NCBI GenBank assembly: GCA_044507405.1
Contig: JBIQJS010000005.1
Span: 4,450-68,449, forward strand
Length of the DNA stretch: 64,000 nt
Source: Rubrivivax sp.
GTDB taxonomy: Bacteria > Pseudomonadota > Gammaproteobacteria > Burkholderiales > Burkholderiaceae_C
Direction: 5' to 3'
Positions 42,037 to 51,360 of this stretch are shown here, piece after piece (position 1 is the first letter of the stretch; every line of letters begins with the position of its first letter). Made by a program: the position numbers and the translations under genes. The notes under the pieces are model-generated. The model saw only the letters and a list, made by a program, of their open reading frames with translations, searched no databases and had not been told where the DNA came from.

Positions 42037-42990
42037 TCAGGCGCGGGGCACTTCGCGCCGCCAGTGGTCGAGCCGCCCCGGCTCGCTGCGGCCGGCCAGC
42101 ACGTCGGGCATCACCGCTTCCAGTGCCGTGGGTGCGAGCCCCAGCGCCTCCAGGCCGGGCAGCTCGCCGCTCGCCACGTTGGGCACCTGCATGGAGAGCA
42201 GGTTGTCGCGCGACATCAGCGGCTCGCCCGGCAGCAGCTCCAGCATGAGCGCCTGCAGCCGGCCGAGCGCCGCCGGCAGCGGCACGATGCGCCGCCGGTT
42301 CCCCGACCAGGTGCCCGCGCAGCGCACCAGTTCGGCCAGCGTGTACGTTCGCGGGCCGACCGCCTCGTATGTGGCGCCGACCGCGTCGCGCGTGTGCAGC
42401 GCACGCGCGATGGCGCGGGCCACGTCGCACACCCACACCGGCTGGAAGCGCGCGTCGGCGCAGGCGAGCGGCATCACGGGCGCCAGGGCCTGCAGCCGCG
42501 CGAAGAGGTTGAGGAAGCGGTCGTGCGCGCCGAAGACGACCGACGGGCGCAGCACCGTGAGATCGAGCCCGGCGCCGCGCAGCACGGCCTCGCCCTCGGC
42601 CTTGCTGCGCTGGTAGAGCGAGGGGGCCTGGGGCGCAGCACCGAGTGCGCTCACGTGCACCACCCGCGGCACGCCAGCGGCCTGGCAGGCGCGCGCAAGC
42701 CTGGCCGGCAGCTCCACGTGCACCCGGCGGAAGGCCGCCTCGCTGCCGTGCAGGATCGCGACCAGGTTGACCACCGCATCATGGCCGCGCAGCAGCCGCA
42801 CCAGCGTGGCGTCGTCGTGCACGTCGGCCGGCAGCAGGTCCACGCCGGGCAGCATCCACAGCGTGCGGGCGCGCGCCGGGCGACGGCTGGGCACCGTCAC
42901 GCGGGCGGCGCCGCCGCCGGCTTGCACGAGCTGCTCGCACAGGGTGCGGCCGATGAAGCCCGTGCCGCCGAGCACGAGCACGCGTGTCAC
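42037..42990 (-). CDS. NDUFA9-like NAD(P)-binding protein (atypical SDR)
   Basis: GGTGFIG, HVSALGA, YQRSKAEGE, RPSVVFG..DRF and QPVWV.DVA motifs; GTG start overlapping the slt stop. Confidence 0.88.
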   Translation of the reverse strand: MTRVLVLGGTGFIGRTLCEQLVQAGGGAARVTVPSRRPARARTLWMLPGVDLLPADVHDDATLVRLLRGHDAVVNLVAILHGSEAAFRRVHVELPARLARACQAAGVPRVVHVSALGAAPQAPSLYQRSKAEGEAVLRGAGLDLTVLRPSVVFGAHDRFLNLFARLQALAPVMPLACADARFQPVWVCDVARAIARALHTRDAVGATYEAVGPRTYTLAELVRCAGTWSGNRRRIVPLPAALGRLQALMLELLPGEPLMSRDNLLSMQVPNVASGELPGLEALGLAPTALEAVMPDVLAGRSEPGRLDHWRREVPRA

Positions 42991-44984
42991 GGCAGCTCTC
43001 CGTTGGGCGCGGGGGCCGCGGCCACCCGCGGGCCCACCATCTCGCCCAGGCGCGTCTTGATCGACGCGAGCTGCAACGGATCCGCGCGTGGCTCGAGGAG
43101 GGCCGAGTAGACGACGGCGTTGGCCAGCACCTTCTTGACGTAGTCGCGCGTCTCGTTGAAGGGCACGTTCTCGGCCCAGATCGCGGCTTCGAGCACCGGG
43201 CCCTCGCGCCAGCGGCGCGGCCGGTTCGGGCCGGCGTTGTAGGCCGCGGCGGCCAGCAGTTCCGAGCCTTCGAAGTCGTCGAGCACGAGCTTGAGGTACT
43301 GCGTGCCGAGCTTCAGGTTGGTCTCGCGGTCGGTGATCATGTCCTGCGTGAACGGCATGCCGATCTTGCGGGCCGTCCAGCGCGCCGTGGCCGGCATGAT
43401 CTGCATCAGCCCCGAGGCGCCCACGCCGGAGCGCGCATCGAGGATGAAGCGCGACTCCTGGCGGATGAGGCCGTAGACGTAGGCCGGGTCCAGGCCGGTC
43501 GCACGGGCGCGCGAGGTGAGCTCGCGGCGGAAGGGCGTGGGGTAGCGCTGCGCGATGCTGATCTCGCCCTTGGTGCGGTCGCTGGTGTTGATGCAGCGAT
43601 CCCACACCTCGCGGTCGCAGGCGAGCTGCGCTGCCGCGAGCAGGGCGCGGTCATCCATGCCGCGCAGGGTGAAGTTCCACTCGCGCACGCCTTCGTTGCG
43701 CAGGCCGATCGAAATGAGCTGCAGGGCGCGCTGCAGGCCCGGCTCGCGCTGGGCGGCGCGCCGCTCGGCGTCGGTGAGCGGCGCGGGTTCGGGCGGCAGC
43801 GCGAGCGGGCGGCCGAGCTCTTCGGCGGCCAGGGCGCCGTAGAAGCTGAGCGGGCCGGCGATGCTCGCGAGCATCTCCTGCGCTTGCGCGCCCATGGCCT
43901 GCGGCTCGCTCGAATCGGGCGCCATCGCCTGCAGGGCACGCGCCTTCCAGTACACCCAGGTCGGGTCGCGCTGTTCGGCGGCGCTCATCGCATTGACGGC
44001 CTGCATCACCTGCTGCCAGCGTGGCTTGCCGCCGTTGGCGCGCAGCGCGGCGCGCGCCTTCCAGGCGAGCGTGTCGTCCGCCCAGTCGATCTCCACCGCG
44101 GCGCGCCCGGACAGCAGCGCGGCGCGCTGATAGTGCTCGGAGGCGTCAGGCAGCAGCTTGACCGCCGCCTGGCGGGCGACCGACGCCCAGGCCCAGGCGC
44201 CCAGCTCGGGCGGCAGCAACGCCTCCCACCGGGCGCGCAGGGCGGCGGCCGTCGCATCGGGGTCGCTCGACGCCCAGCGCATGAGCGCGAGCGCGGCGAG
44301 CTCGCGCTCGGTGCGGTTGCGCGGCGTGAGCGTGGCGAGGTAGCGGCCCGGGTTGTCGATGAAGCTGCCGACGTCGTCGCCGGCCTTGGGTTCCACGATG
44401 GCGGCGGCCAGCCGCGCGGTGCGCGGGCGGCTCGCCTCCATGGACAGGCGGGCGCGGCGCCACACCTCGTCGACGCTCAGGTGCCCGGCCTGGTAGAGCG
44501 TGGTCGCGAGCAGGTTGCAGCCGTCGTCGGGGTCGCGCTGGGCGTACCAGGCGGCCCGGGCCCTGGCGCGCACGTCCTTGCCGTCCAGGTGGTCGGCGAG
44601 CAGCGCGTAGCAGCTGACCTCGCGGTCGTCGTTCATGCGAAAGCGCGGGTAGTCGACGGCCAGGGCCTTCCATTCGCGGCGGCGGCCGAGCTCCAGCAGC
44701 CAGTCGTTGCGCAGGCGATCCTCGACGTAGGTGCCGCTCCAGCGGCGGTAGAAGGCCTCGACCTCGTCGATGGACGCGGTGGCCAGGCGGCTGTTGAGCT
44801 GCCAGTAGTCGGTCCACATCGCGAGCGGGTGCCGTTCCACCATCGCCACGCCGCGCATCTGCGCGAGGCGCACCGCATCGCGCTTGCCCCACGCGTCGCG
44901 TGCGGCGACGATCGCGTCGTTGCCGGTCTGCGCGGCGGCCGGGCCCATCACGAGCGCCGCGAGGCTTGCCGCCAGGGCGCGCAT
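42987..44984 (-). CDS. slt: Soluble lytic murein transglycosylase Slt70-like (start approximate)
   Basis: IRQESRF, GLMQIMP.TA, AYNAGP and ETRDYVK motifs; long helical N-terminal region. Confidence 0.93.
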   Translation of the reverse strand: MRALAASLAALVMGPAAAQTGNDAIVAARDAWGKRDAVRLAQMRGVAMVERHPLAMWTDYWQLNSRLATASIDEVEAFYRRWSGTYVEDRLRNDWLLELGRRREWKALAVDYPRFRMNDDREVSCYALLADHLDGKDVRARARAAWYAQRDPDDGCNLLATTLYQAGHLSVDEVWRRARLSMEASRPRTARLAAAIVEPKAGDDVGSFIDNPGRYLATLTPRNRTERELAALALMRWASSDPDATAAALRARWEALLPPELGAWAWASVARQAAVKLLPDASEHYQRAALLSGRAAVEIDWADDTLAWKARAALRANGGKPRWQQVMQAVNAMSAAEQRDPTWVYWKARALQAMAPDSSEPQAMGAQAQEMLASIAGPLSFYGALAAEELGRPLALPPEPAPLTDAERRAAQREPGLQRALQLISIGLRNEGVREWNFTLRGMDDRALLAAAQLACDREVWDRCINTSDRTKGEISIAQRYPTPFRRELTSRARATGLDPAYVYGLIRQESRFILDARSGVGASGLMQIMPATARWTARKIGMPFTQDMITDRETNLKLGTQYLKLVLDDFEGSELLAAAAYNAGPNRPRRWREGPVLEAAIWAENVPFNETRDYVKKVLANAVVYSALLEPRADPLQLASIKTRLGEMVGPRVAAAPAPNGELP

Positions 44985-45056
44985 GGCACGCCAGCCGGGC
45001 TTTGATACCGTTGCCTTCGATCTTGCTTTCAACACCACCACGCCTGCCCTTCCATC

Positions 45057-45626
45057 GTGTCCGAATCGCCTCGCCTCACCCGCCCCGCGCTGCGCGCGCA
45101 ATTGCTGGCTGCCCGTGAACGATTCGCCACGTCGGCCGAAGTTTCATGTGCCGAAGAAGCCTTGGCGCGGGAGGTGGTGCAGGTCGTCGACCGCCTGGAG
45201 CCCGAATGCCTGGGCCTGTACTGGGCGATGCGACGGGAATTTAACGCAGCACCCCTGTGGTTGGCCGACGCGGGAGGCACCACCTTGCCGCTCGCATTGC
45301 CTTTCGCCGAGCGCGAGGGCCGGCAGATGCACTACCGGCGCTGGGACGGGCAGGCGCCGCGTGGCGTCGATGCATGCGGCATCGCCACGAGCGACGGCGA
45401 GCGCGTGGTGCCCGACGTGGTGCTGGTGCCCTGCGTGGGCTACACCGCCGCGGGCTACCGGTTGGGCTACGGCGGAGGCTATTTCGACCGCTGGCTGGCC
45501 GCGCATCCGCACGTCACGGCGGTCGGCGTGGCCTGGTCGGTCGCCGAGATCGCCGAGGCGGACTTCACGCCCGAGCCGCACGACCAGCCGCTCGCGCTCA
45601 TCGTCACCGAGCGCGGCGTGGCCTGA
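45057..45626 (+). CDS. 5-formyltetrahydrofolate cyclo-ligase family protein (copy 1)
   Basis: LVPCVGY, RLGYGGGYFDR and EPHD motifs. Confidence 0.9.
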   Translation: MSESPRLTRPALRAQLLAARERFATSAEVSCAEEALAREVVQVVDRLEPECLGLYWAMRREFNAAPLWLADAGGTTLPLALPFAEREGRQMHYRRWDGQAPRGVDACGIATSDGERVVPDVVLVPCVGYTAAGYRLGYGGGYFDRWLAAHPHVTAVGVAWSVAEIAEADFTPEPHDQPLALIVTERGVA

Positions 45627-45629
45627 GCC

Positions 45630-46586
45630 TCAGCCGCCGGCCAGCGCCTGGCGGGTCTGCTCGGCACGCTGCTCCACCCAGCGGCAGAACTCGTCGACCT
45701 CCTGCCGCGCGCGGGCCTGCGGCGCCGTGATGAGCCAGTAGGCGGGCGGTGCGGCCACACGGCCTTCGGCGCCGAAGGGTTCGACGAGGTCGCCGCGCGC
45801 GAGCTGCTCGGCCACCAGCGGCAGCCGCGCGAGCGCCACGCCCTGGCCGGCCATGGCCGCCTGGATCTGCTGGTAGGTGTAGTTGAGATAGAGCCAGCGC
45901 CGCGGCTGCACCTTGGCCGCGCCCTGCTGCGCCAGCCAGTGGCGCCAGCCCAGGTACTCCGATCCGGGCCGGTGGTCGTCTTCCTCGGTCACGGTCCAGG
46001 CCGCGAGGTGCTCGGGACGCGACAGCGGCGGTGAGTCGCCGCGGCGGATCTGTTCGGCCAGCGACGGGCTGATGACCGGCGTGATCACCTCGCCGAAGAG
46101 CCGTGTGGCGCCGGCCGGCACGCGGTGCTCGCCGCTGTAGCGCAGGATGAGGTCGAACTCCGGATCGGCCGGGTTGGCGAGCGCATCGGTGGCTTGCACG
46201 CGGATGTCGATCTCGGGGTGCTCGCGCTGGAAGGCTTCCATCTGCGGGATCAGCCACATCGAGGCGAACGAGGCGAAGGTGTTGACGCTCACCACGCGCC
46301 GGCCCTGCGACTGGCGGATCTGCTGCACGGCGGTGTCGATGCGCGCGAGGCTGGGCGCGAGCGCACGCAGGAAGGCCGCGCCTTCGGTCGTGAGCTCCAC
46401 CTTGCGCGTGCCGCGCGAGAAGAGCGTCGCGCCCAGGTCCTCTTCGAGCGACTGGATCTGCCGGCTCACGGCCGACTGCGTGAGGCTCAATTCCTCGGCA
46501 GCGGCGCGAAAGCTCAGGTGCCGGGCGACCGCCTCGAAGGCGCGGATGGGGCCCACGGAGAGGGGGCGGCGGCGGATGTTATTCAT
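45630..46586 (-). CDS. LysR-family regulator, GcvA-like
   Basis: FEAVARHLSFRAAAEELSLTQSAVSRQI HTH; AAMAGQGVAL. Confidence 0.94.
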   Translation of the reverse strand: MNNIRRRPLSVGPIRAFEAVARHLSFRAAAEELSLTQSAVSRQIQSLEEDLGATLFSRGTRKVELTTEGAAFLRALAPSLARIDTAVQQIRQSQGRRVVSVNTFASFASMWLIPQMEAFQREHPEIDIRVQATDALANPADPEFDLILRYSGEHRVPAGATRLFGEVITPVISPSLAEQIRRGDSPPLSRPEHLAAWTVTEEDDHRPGSEYLGWRHWLAQQGAAKVQPRRWLYLNYTYQQIQAAMAGQGVALARLPLVAEQLARGDLVEPFGAEGRVAAPPAYWLITAPQARARQEVDEFCRWVEQRAEQTRQALAGG

Positions 46587-46679
46587 GATCAAAACGAGTC
46601 AATCGCTTGTGCCCATTTCATTGGACGGTGCCGTGTGGCCTGCCTATTCTCTCGCCATACGTTCGAAAGGAGGCCCGTG

Positions 46680-47057
46680 ATGGTCGACTCAATGATGACC
46701 AATGTGCAACAGTCCGTGGAGGCCGAAGCCGGCCAGTGGGCGCTGCCCGCCGGCGAAGCGGTGCGCCTGAGCATCGGGCCCGGGCCGCGCGAGCTGCACG
46801 TGACGCAGGGGCGGCTGTGGCTCACTCGCACCGGCAGCGCCCGGGCGCCGGCCGAAGACCTGTGGCTGGAGGCGGGCGACACGCTCGCGATGGAGTCGGG
46901 CAGCGCCTGGGTCATCGAAGGCTGGGGCGCCACGCGCTTCCAGCTGCTGGTGCCGCCCCGTGCCTGCCGCGCGCTGGCGCAGCGCTTCAGCGCGGCCGGG
47001 TCGCGGGCGGCTTCTTCTTCGCGCCGGCGCTTTTCGTTCTGGCCGGTGGCGGCTTGA
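46680..47057 (+). CDS. DUF2917 (cupin-like) protein
   Basis: LHVTQGRLWLT...DLWLEAGD motif; RBS AGGAGG; divergent from the LysR gene. Confidence 0.8.
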   Translation: MVDSMMTNVQQSVEAEAGQWALPAGEAVRLSIGPGPRELHVTQGRLWLTRTGSARAPAEDLWLEAGDTLAMESGSAWVIEGWGATRFQLLVPPRACRALAQRFSAAGSRAASSSRRRFSFWPVAA

Positions 47058-47430
47058 GCGCGCGGCCCGCAGCGGCGGGCCGCTTCGGCGCCTTGGCGGC
47101 GCGGGCGCGCAGCGCAGCTTCGAGCGCCAGCCGCGCCCAGGGCAGCATCAGCGCCGGCGATTCGAGGGCGTCCTCGGGCGCCGTCCAGAAGCCGAGCACG
47201 ATCTTCCGGCCCTCCTTGGTGTCGAAGTCGAAGGGCTCGCAGCCGGCCGCCTGGAAGCGCTCGCGCGTGTGCTCGTCCACCTTGAGGTAGAGCCGCTCGC
47301 CGCCGGCGACCGCCACGAAGAGATCCTCCACGTAGAAGCCGTGGCCGCCGAACATGCGGCGCGCGCGGGCGGGGCCGAGCGCGCCCAGAAGCTCCAGGCA
47401 ATGCGCGGCGAATTCAGGTGAGGCGGCCAT
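46987..47430 (-). CDS. TfoX/Sxy N-terminal domain protein
   Basis: RRMFGGHG, LYLKVD, PF.F and WARLALEAA motifs. Confidence 0.88.
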   Translation of the reverse strand: MAASPEFAAHCLELLGALGPARARRMFGGHGFYVEDLFVAVAGGERLYLKVDEHTRERFQAAGCEPFDFDTKEGRKIVLGFWTAPEDALESPALMLPWARLALEAALRARAAKAPKRPAAAGRALKPPPARTKSAGAKKKPPATRPR

Positions 47431-47494
47431 GCGCGCAGTGTGCACAAGCTGTGCGCCGGCGTCAGCGCCCTTGCCAGCTGCTGTCAGCGTCCGC

Positions 47495-48040
47495 TCAGAC
47501 CTGCAGCCAGCCGCGAAAGCCGCGTGCCGCGTAGTACGACTGCGCGCCGTTGTGGTATGTGAAGACGCGGCCGTAGCGCCGGTCGCAGAAGAGCGCGCCG
47601 CCCCGCTGGCGCACGTCGGCGGGGGTGTCGATCCAGCTCGAGGTCTTGAGGTCGAACTCGCCGTGGCGCTGCAGCTCGCGGTACTGCTCTTCGGTCAGCA
47701 GCGAGACGCCCATGGCCTGCGCCATCTCCTGGGCGCTGGTCCTGGGCGCGTGCTCCTTGCGCTCCTGGCGCGACGTCGCGTCATAGCAGGTGCTGCGCCG
47801 TCCGCTCGGGCTTTCGGCCGAGCAGTCGCAGAAGACGAGGCGGCCGTCGTCGCCCGCGGTGCCGATCACGTCGGGCTCGCCGCCGGTGGCTTCCATCTGC
47901 GCCAGCGTGGCGAGCGCGGCCGCGTTGCCTGCCAGTCGCGACTGCACCTCGGCCCAGGCCAGGCCGGGATGACGGGCCGTGTGCTTCTCGAAGCGGGCCT
48001 CGAGTGTCTTGAGCAGTGCGTCGCGTTCCTGGGGCGTCAT
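47495..48040 (-). CDS. DUF4256-family protein
   Basis: MEATGGEPD, ESPSGRRS.CYD, FDLKTSSW and YHNGAQSYYAARGFRG motifs. Confidence 0.85.
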   Translation of the reverse strand: MTPQERDALLKTLEARFEKHTARHPGLAWAEVQSRLAGNAAALATLAQMEATGGEPDVIGTAGDDGRLVFCDCSAESPSGRRSTCYDATSRQERKEHAPRTSAQEMAQAMGVSLLTEEQYRELQRHGEFDLKTSSWIDTPADVRQRGGALFCDRRYGRVFTYHNGAQSYYAARGFRGWLQV

Positions 48041-48993
48041 GTCAGCGGTCTCCTCGCGTTGCAGTCCTGGCGTTGCAGTCGGTAGCGTCCATCGTCGCCT
48101 TCCGCCACGCGACCGGCGGCGACGAGTTCTTCGAGATGCTGCGAGATCGAATGGCGCTCGATGGTCGTGGTCGCCATCGAGGCGTTGTGGCCGGGCGGAT
48201 AGAGGAAGCCGCCCTCGGCGAGCTCCTCCAGCGTGCGCGGCGCGTCGCGCAGGCGATCGATCAGCACCGCCTCGCGCGCGTCCAGCCGTGCGGTGTAGGC
48301 CCGCAGCGCCTCCTCGAACGCAGCGCGGTCGGTGTAGACGCCCTTGTGGTGCGAGGTGATCCACACCCGGGCGTCGAGCGATGGCAGCTGCGCGAGCGAG
48401 CGGCGGAAATCGGCCAGGCAGGAGGTCGCATCGCCGTAGTAGGGGCCGAAGCTCGAAAGGTCGATGTCGCCGATGAAGGCGATGCCGTGCGGCTCGACCA
48501 CGAGCGCGCAGTGCCCCGCCGTGTGGCCGGGCAGATGCACCGCGCGCACGCGGATGCCGCCGCCCAGGTCCCACACTGCGCCGTCGCGGTAGGCGATCGC
48601 GTCGGGCCGCGGCCTGTAGCTGAAGTCGGTGTCCATCTTGTGGCGGAAGTTGTCGAGCGCCGCCTGCGGGTAGCCGAAGTGGCGGCACAGGCCCTCCCAG
48701 CTGCGCGCGGCCTCCACGTCGCGCTCGTGCACGTGCACCGGCGCGTGGGGCAGCCGGTGCAGGCCGGCCATGTGGTCCTCGTGCACGTGGCCGAGCACCA
48801 CCATGTCCACGCAGTCATCGAAGCGCGCCGCGCCCAGGCGGTTGGCCACCTTGGGCGTGTCGAAGGCGACGACCGTGTCGCCGCCCGCGACGATCACCTG
48901 GTTGCCGTCGGGATACTTGCCGGTCTTCTCGCCGAAATAGACGGTGACGGGGCCGAAGCGGGCGCTGGGGGTGTCGCTGTGGAGGTCGGTCAT
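48037..48993 (-). CDS. MBL-fold metallo-hydrolase
   Basis: HVHEDH, PGHT.GH, GD and SHH metal-ligand motifs. Confidence 0.9.
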   Translation of the reverse strand: MTDLHSDTPSARFGPVTVYFGEKTGKYPDGNQVIVAGGDTVVAFDTPKVANRLGAARFDDCVDMVVLGHVHEDHMAGLHRLPHAPVHVHERDVEAARSWEGLCRHFGYPQAALDNFRHKMDTDFSYRPRPDAIAYRDGAVWDLGGGIRVRAVHLPGHTAGHCALVVEPHGIAFIGDIDLSSFGPYYGDATSCLADFRRSLAQLPSLDARVWITSHHKGVYTDRAAFEEALRAYTARLDAREAVLIDRLRDAPRTLEELAEGGFLYPPGHNASMATTTIERHSISQHLEELVAAGRVAEGDDGRYRLQRQDCNARRPLT

Positions 48994-49038
48994 CTGGGGC
49001 GGTGCGTCGGTGGCGAGACAGCCGCCGATTTTGGCCGG

Positions 49039-49740
49039 TCAGCGCGGGGTGTTCGTGTTGAAGGCTTCGAGCGCCTCGCGGTAGGCGGCGAGAGGATCGG
49101 GTGCGAGCGTGATCGCGCGACCCATCACCACGTGCGTGGCACCCGCGCGTGCGGCCTCGGCGGGCCCGGCCACGCGGGCCTGATCGCTGCGCGACGTGGG
49201 CACGAGCTGCACGCCGGCGCAGACGATCAGGGCATTGCGCGGCAGCACACGCCGCAGCAACGCGGCTTCGTGCGCGGAAGCCACCACACCATGGCAGCCC
49301 GCGTCAGCAGCCAGCCGGGCGAGCCGTTCCACCTGGGCTTGCACCGTGCCGGCAATGCCGATGGAGGGCAGGTCTTCATCGGTCAGGCTCGTGATCACGG
49401 TCAGTGCGAGCACCCGCATCGAGGGATACGCGGCCGCCGCCTCGACCACTGCGCGCATCACGGCGCTGCCGGCCGTCGCGTGCACCGTGATCATGCTCAC
49501 GCCCAATCGTCCTGCGACGCGCGCTGCGCCGGCCGCCGCGTTCGGGATCTCGTGGAGCTTCAGGTCGAGAAAGACGTGTTTGCCCTCGCTTACCAACGTG
49601 TGCACGAGTTCCGGGCCGGCCTGTGCGAGCAACTGCAGGCCCACCTTGTAGTGATCGGCCTGAGGCCCCAGCGCGGCGACGAGCGCGAGCGCCTCGCCGG
49701 CGGAATCGGTGTCGAGCGAGACGATGAGCGGTGCAGCCAT
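49039..49740 (-). CDS. pyrF: Orotidine-5'-phosphate decarboxylase-like protein
   Basis: IVSLD, YKVG, FLDLKLHEIPN, TVHA, LTS, DQ.RV and VMGRAIT motifs. Confidence 0.85.
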   Translation of the reverse strand: MAAPLIVSLDTDSAGEALALVAALGPQADHYKVGLQLLAQAGPELVHTLVSEGKHVFLDLKLHEIPNAAAGAARVAGRLGVSMITVHATAGSAVMRAVVEAAAAYPSMRVLALTVITSLTDEDLPSIGIAGTVQAQVERLARLAADAGCHGVVASAHEAALLRRVLPRNALIVCAGVQLVPTSRSDQARVAGPAEAARAGATHVVMGRAITLAPDPLAAYREALEAFNTNTPR

Positions 49741-49931
49741 GCGGCACCAGTCTAGGGTGCGCCAGCACGGGGTCCATGGGAGTACCCCTCGCCGCGCCTC
49801 GCGGCAAGAGAGGAATCGTGGTTCGAATCTCACACCGCGCGGGCCGCTGCGGGGATACGATGCACCGCTTGCCCGTGAGGCGCTCGTAGAGGCAGGGGCA
49901 GGCGGCATGTGTCAACACCGCAAGGAAGTCC

Positions 49932-50150
49932 ATGGACCGATCCACGATGTCGCTGCCTCGCCAGAAGGCCCTCCGCGAAGGCCTGCCGGCCGCAGCCGAT
50001 GCCCTCCAGCGCCGCGCCGCGCGCGAAATTCCCGCCGACCTCATCGACGATTACGTGGCGCTGAACTGGCTCGAGTGGTGGGGCGGCGGCCTGCGCCTCA
50101 CGATGGTCGGCCAGAACGTGTGCCGCCAGTTGCGCCTCGGTGTCGAATGA
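49932..50150 (+). CDS. Small hypothetical protein (72 aa), possibly winged-helix-like
   Basis: RBS AAGGA; IDDYVALNWLEW.GGGLRLT..G pattern; host-like codon usage. Confidence 0.65.
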   Translation: MDRSTMSLPRQKALREGLPAAADALQRRAAREIPADLIDDYVALNWLEWWGGGLRLTMVGQNVCRQLRLGVE

Positions 50151-50467
50151 CACCGGTCACGCTCCCAGCAAGGTTACTTGCGAGCGCGTACACTTGCGGC
50201 TTCTTCGCGCCAGGCCCCTTCCCCAATGGGTGTCCGTGACGGCGCTGAGATCATGTGATCTCCCCCTCGCCAGACCGGTTGCCTGCAATCCTCCCCTGGC
50301 AGCCTCTGGCCGCAGCGAACACCCCTGCCAGCCACCCGCGGGACCGAGTTCACGCTCGCCGGCGCGACCTTCGCGCCTTCTGCTACCTCCGGCGGCCTCA
50401 CGGTGAGGCGCGCTGAGACCTCAACCCCAACCTGTGCGCTCTTCACCGGGCGCGCCTCTACACGCAC

Positions 50468-50737
50468 ATGGCCAAGGAAGAACTGATCGAGATGAACGGC
50501 GTCGTCAACGAAATCCTCCCGGATTCGCGTTTCCGCGTCACGCTGGACAACGGACACCAACTGATCGCCTACACCGGCGGCAAGATGCGCAAGCACCACA
50601 TCCGCATCCTCGCTGGCGACAACGTCTCGCTCGAGCTCTCGCCCTACGACCTGAGCAAGGGCCGCATCACCTTCCGTCACCTGGAGCGCCGTGGACCTGC
50701 GCCGACGCCGGGCGCCTCGCGCTACCCGCGTCGCTAG
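50468..50737 (+). CDS. infA: Translation initiation factor IF-1 (paralogue with a C-terminal extension)
   Basis: [25 protein letters not shown] and [12 protein letters not shown] motifs. Confidence 0.95.
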   Translation: MAKEELIEMNGVVNEILPDSRFRVTLDNGHQLIAYTGGKMRKHHIRILAGDNVSLELSPYDLSKGRITFRHLERRGPAPTPGASRYPRR

Positions 50738-50844
50738 ACAAGGAATCGATGACCTCTCCCGAATACAGCGCCCGGGTCCGGGCGCTGCTTGCACGCACCA
50801 GCATCAGCTGGGGCGTTTTTCTCCCCACCACCAAGGAATACGAC

Positions 50845-51054
50845 ATGACCACCGAAACCGGCACCGTCAAATGGTTCAACGAAGGCAAGGGCTTCGGCTT
50901 CATCGCCCCTGACAACGGCGGCAAGGACCTCTTCGCCCACTTCAAGGAAATCCAGGGCACGGGCTTCAAGACCCTGCTGGAGAACCAGCGCGTGGAATTC
51001 GAAGTCACGCAAGGCATGAAGGGCCCGCAGGCATCGCGCATCCGCGTGCTCTGA
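50845..51054 (+). CDS. Cold-shock protein, CspA family
   Basis: [21 protein letters not shown] and KGPQA motifs. Confidence 0.96.
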   Translation: MTTETGTVKWFNEGKGFGFIAPDNGGKDLFAHFKEIQGTGFKTLLENQRVEFEVTQGMKGPQASRIRVL

Positions 51055-51091
51055 ACGCGCTGCGCCCGGCAGTTCCACCAGGAGGCATCTC

Positions 51092-51337
51092 ATGAAGGAT
51101 CTGCAGGAAGCCACGGAGCGCATCTGCGAGCTGAAGGGCTCCTTGATCGCGCTCGACGTGCTGTTGACCGCACTGCTCGACGCCTTGCCCCCGCAGGACC
51201 GTCAGCAGGTGCTGGAGCGTTTTGCCGGCCATGCCGAAGTGGCCCGCACCGTGCTGTTGCACGAACCCATCTCCGAACTCACCATCGCCTCGTTCGAAAA
51301 CGACGTGCGGCGCATCTCGGCGCTGCAGCACGGCTGA
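51092..51337 (+). CDS. Small hypothetical helical protein (81 aa)
   Basis: Strong RBS AGGAGG; follows the csp gene on the same strand. Confidence 0.7.
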   Translation: MKDLQEATERICELKGSLIALDVLLTALLDALPPQDRQQVLERFAGHAEVARTVLLHEPISELTIASFENDVRRISALQHG

Positions 51338-51360
51338 GTTCCTCTTTTCCGCGGCGCTCG

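Noticed and set aside
44985..45056. 6S RNA (ssrS) upstream of the 5-formyl-THF cyclo-ligase genes, as in E. coli
   Set aside because: The gaps before both copies are only about 70 nt, too short for a ~180-nt 6S RNA.
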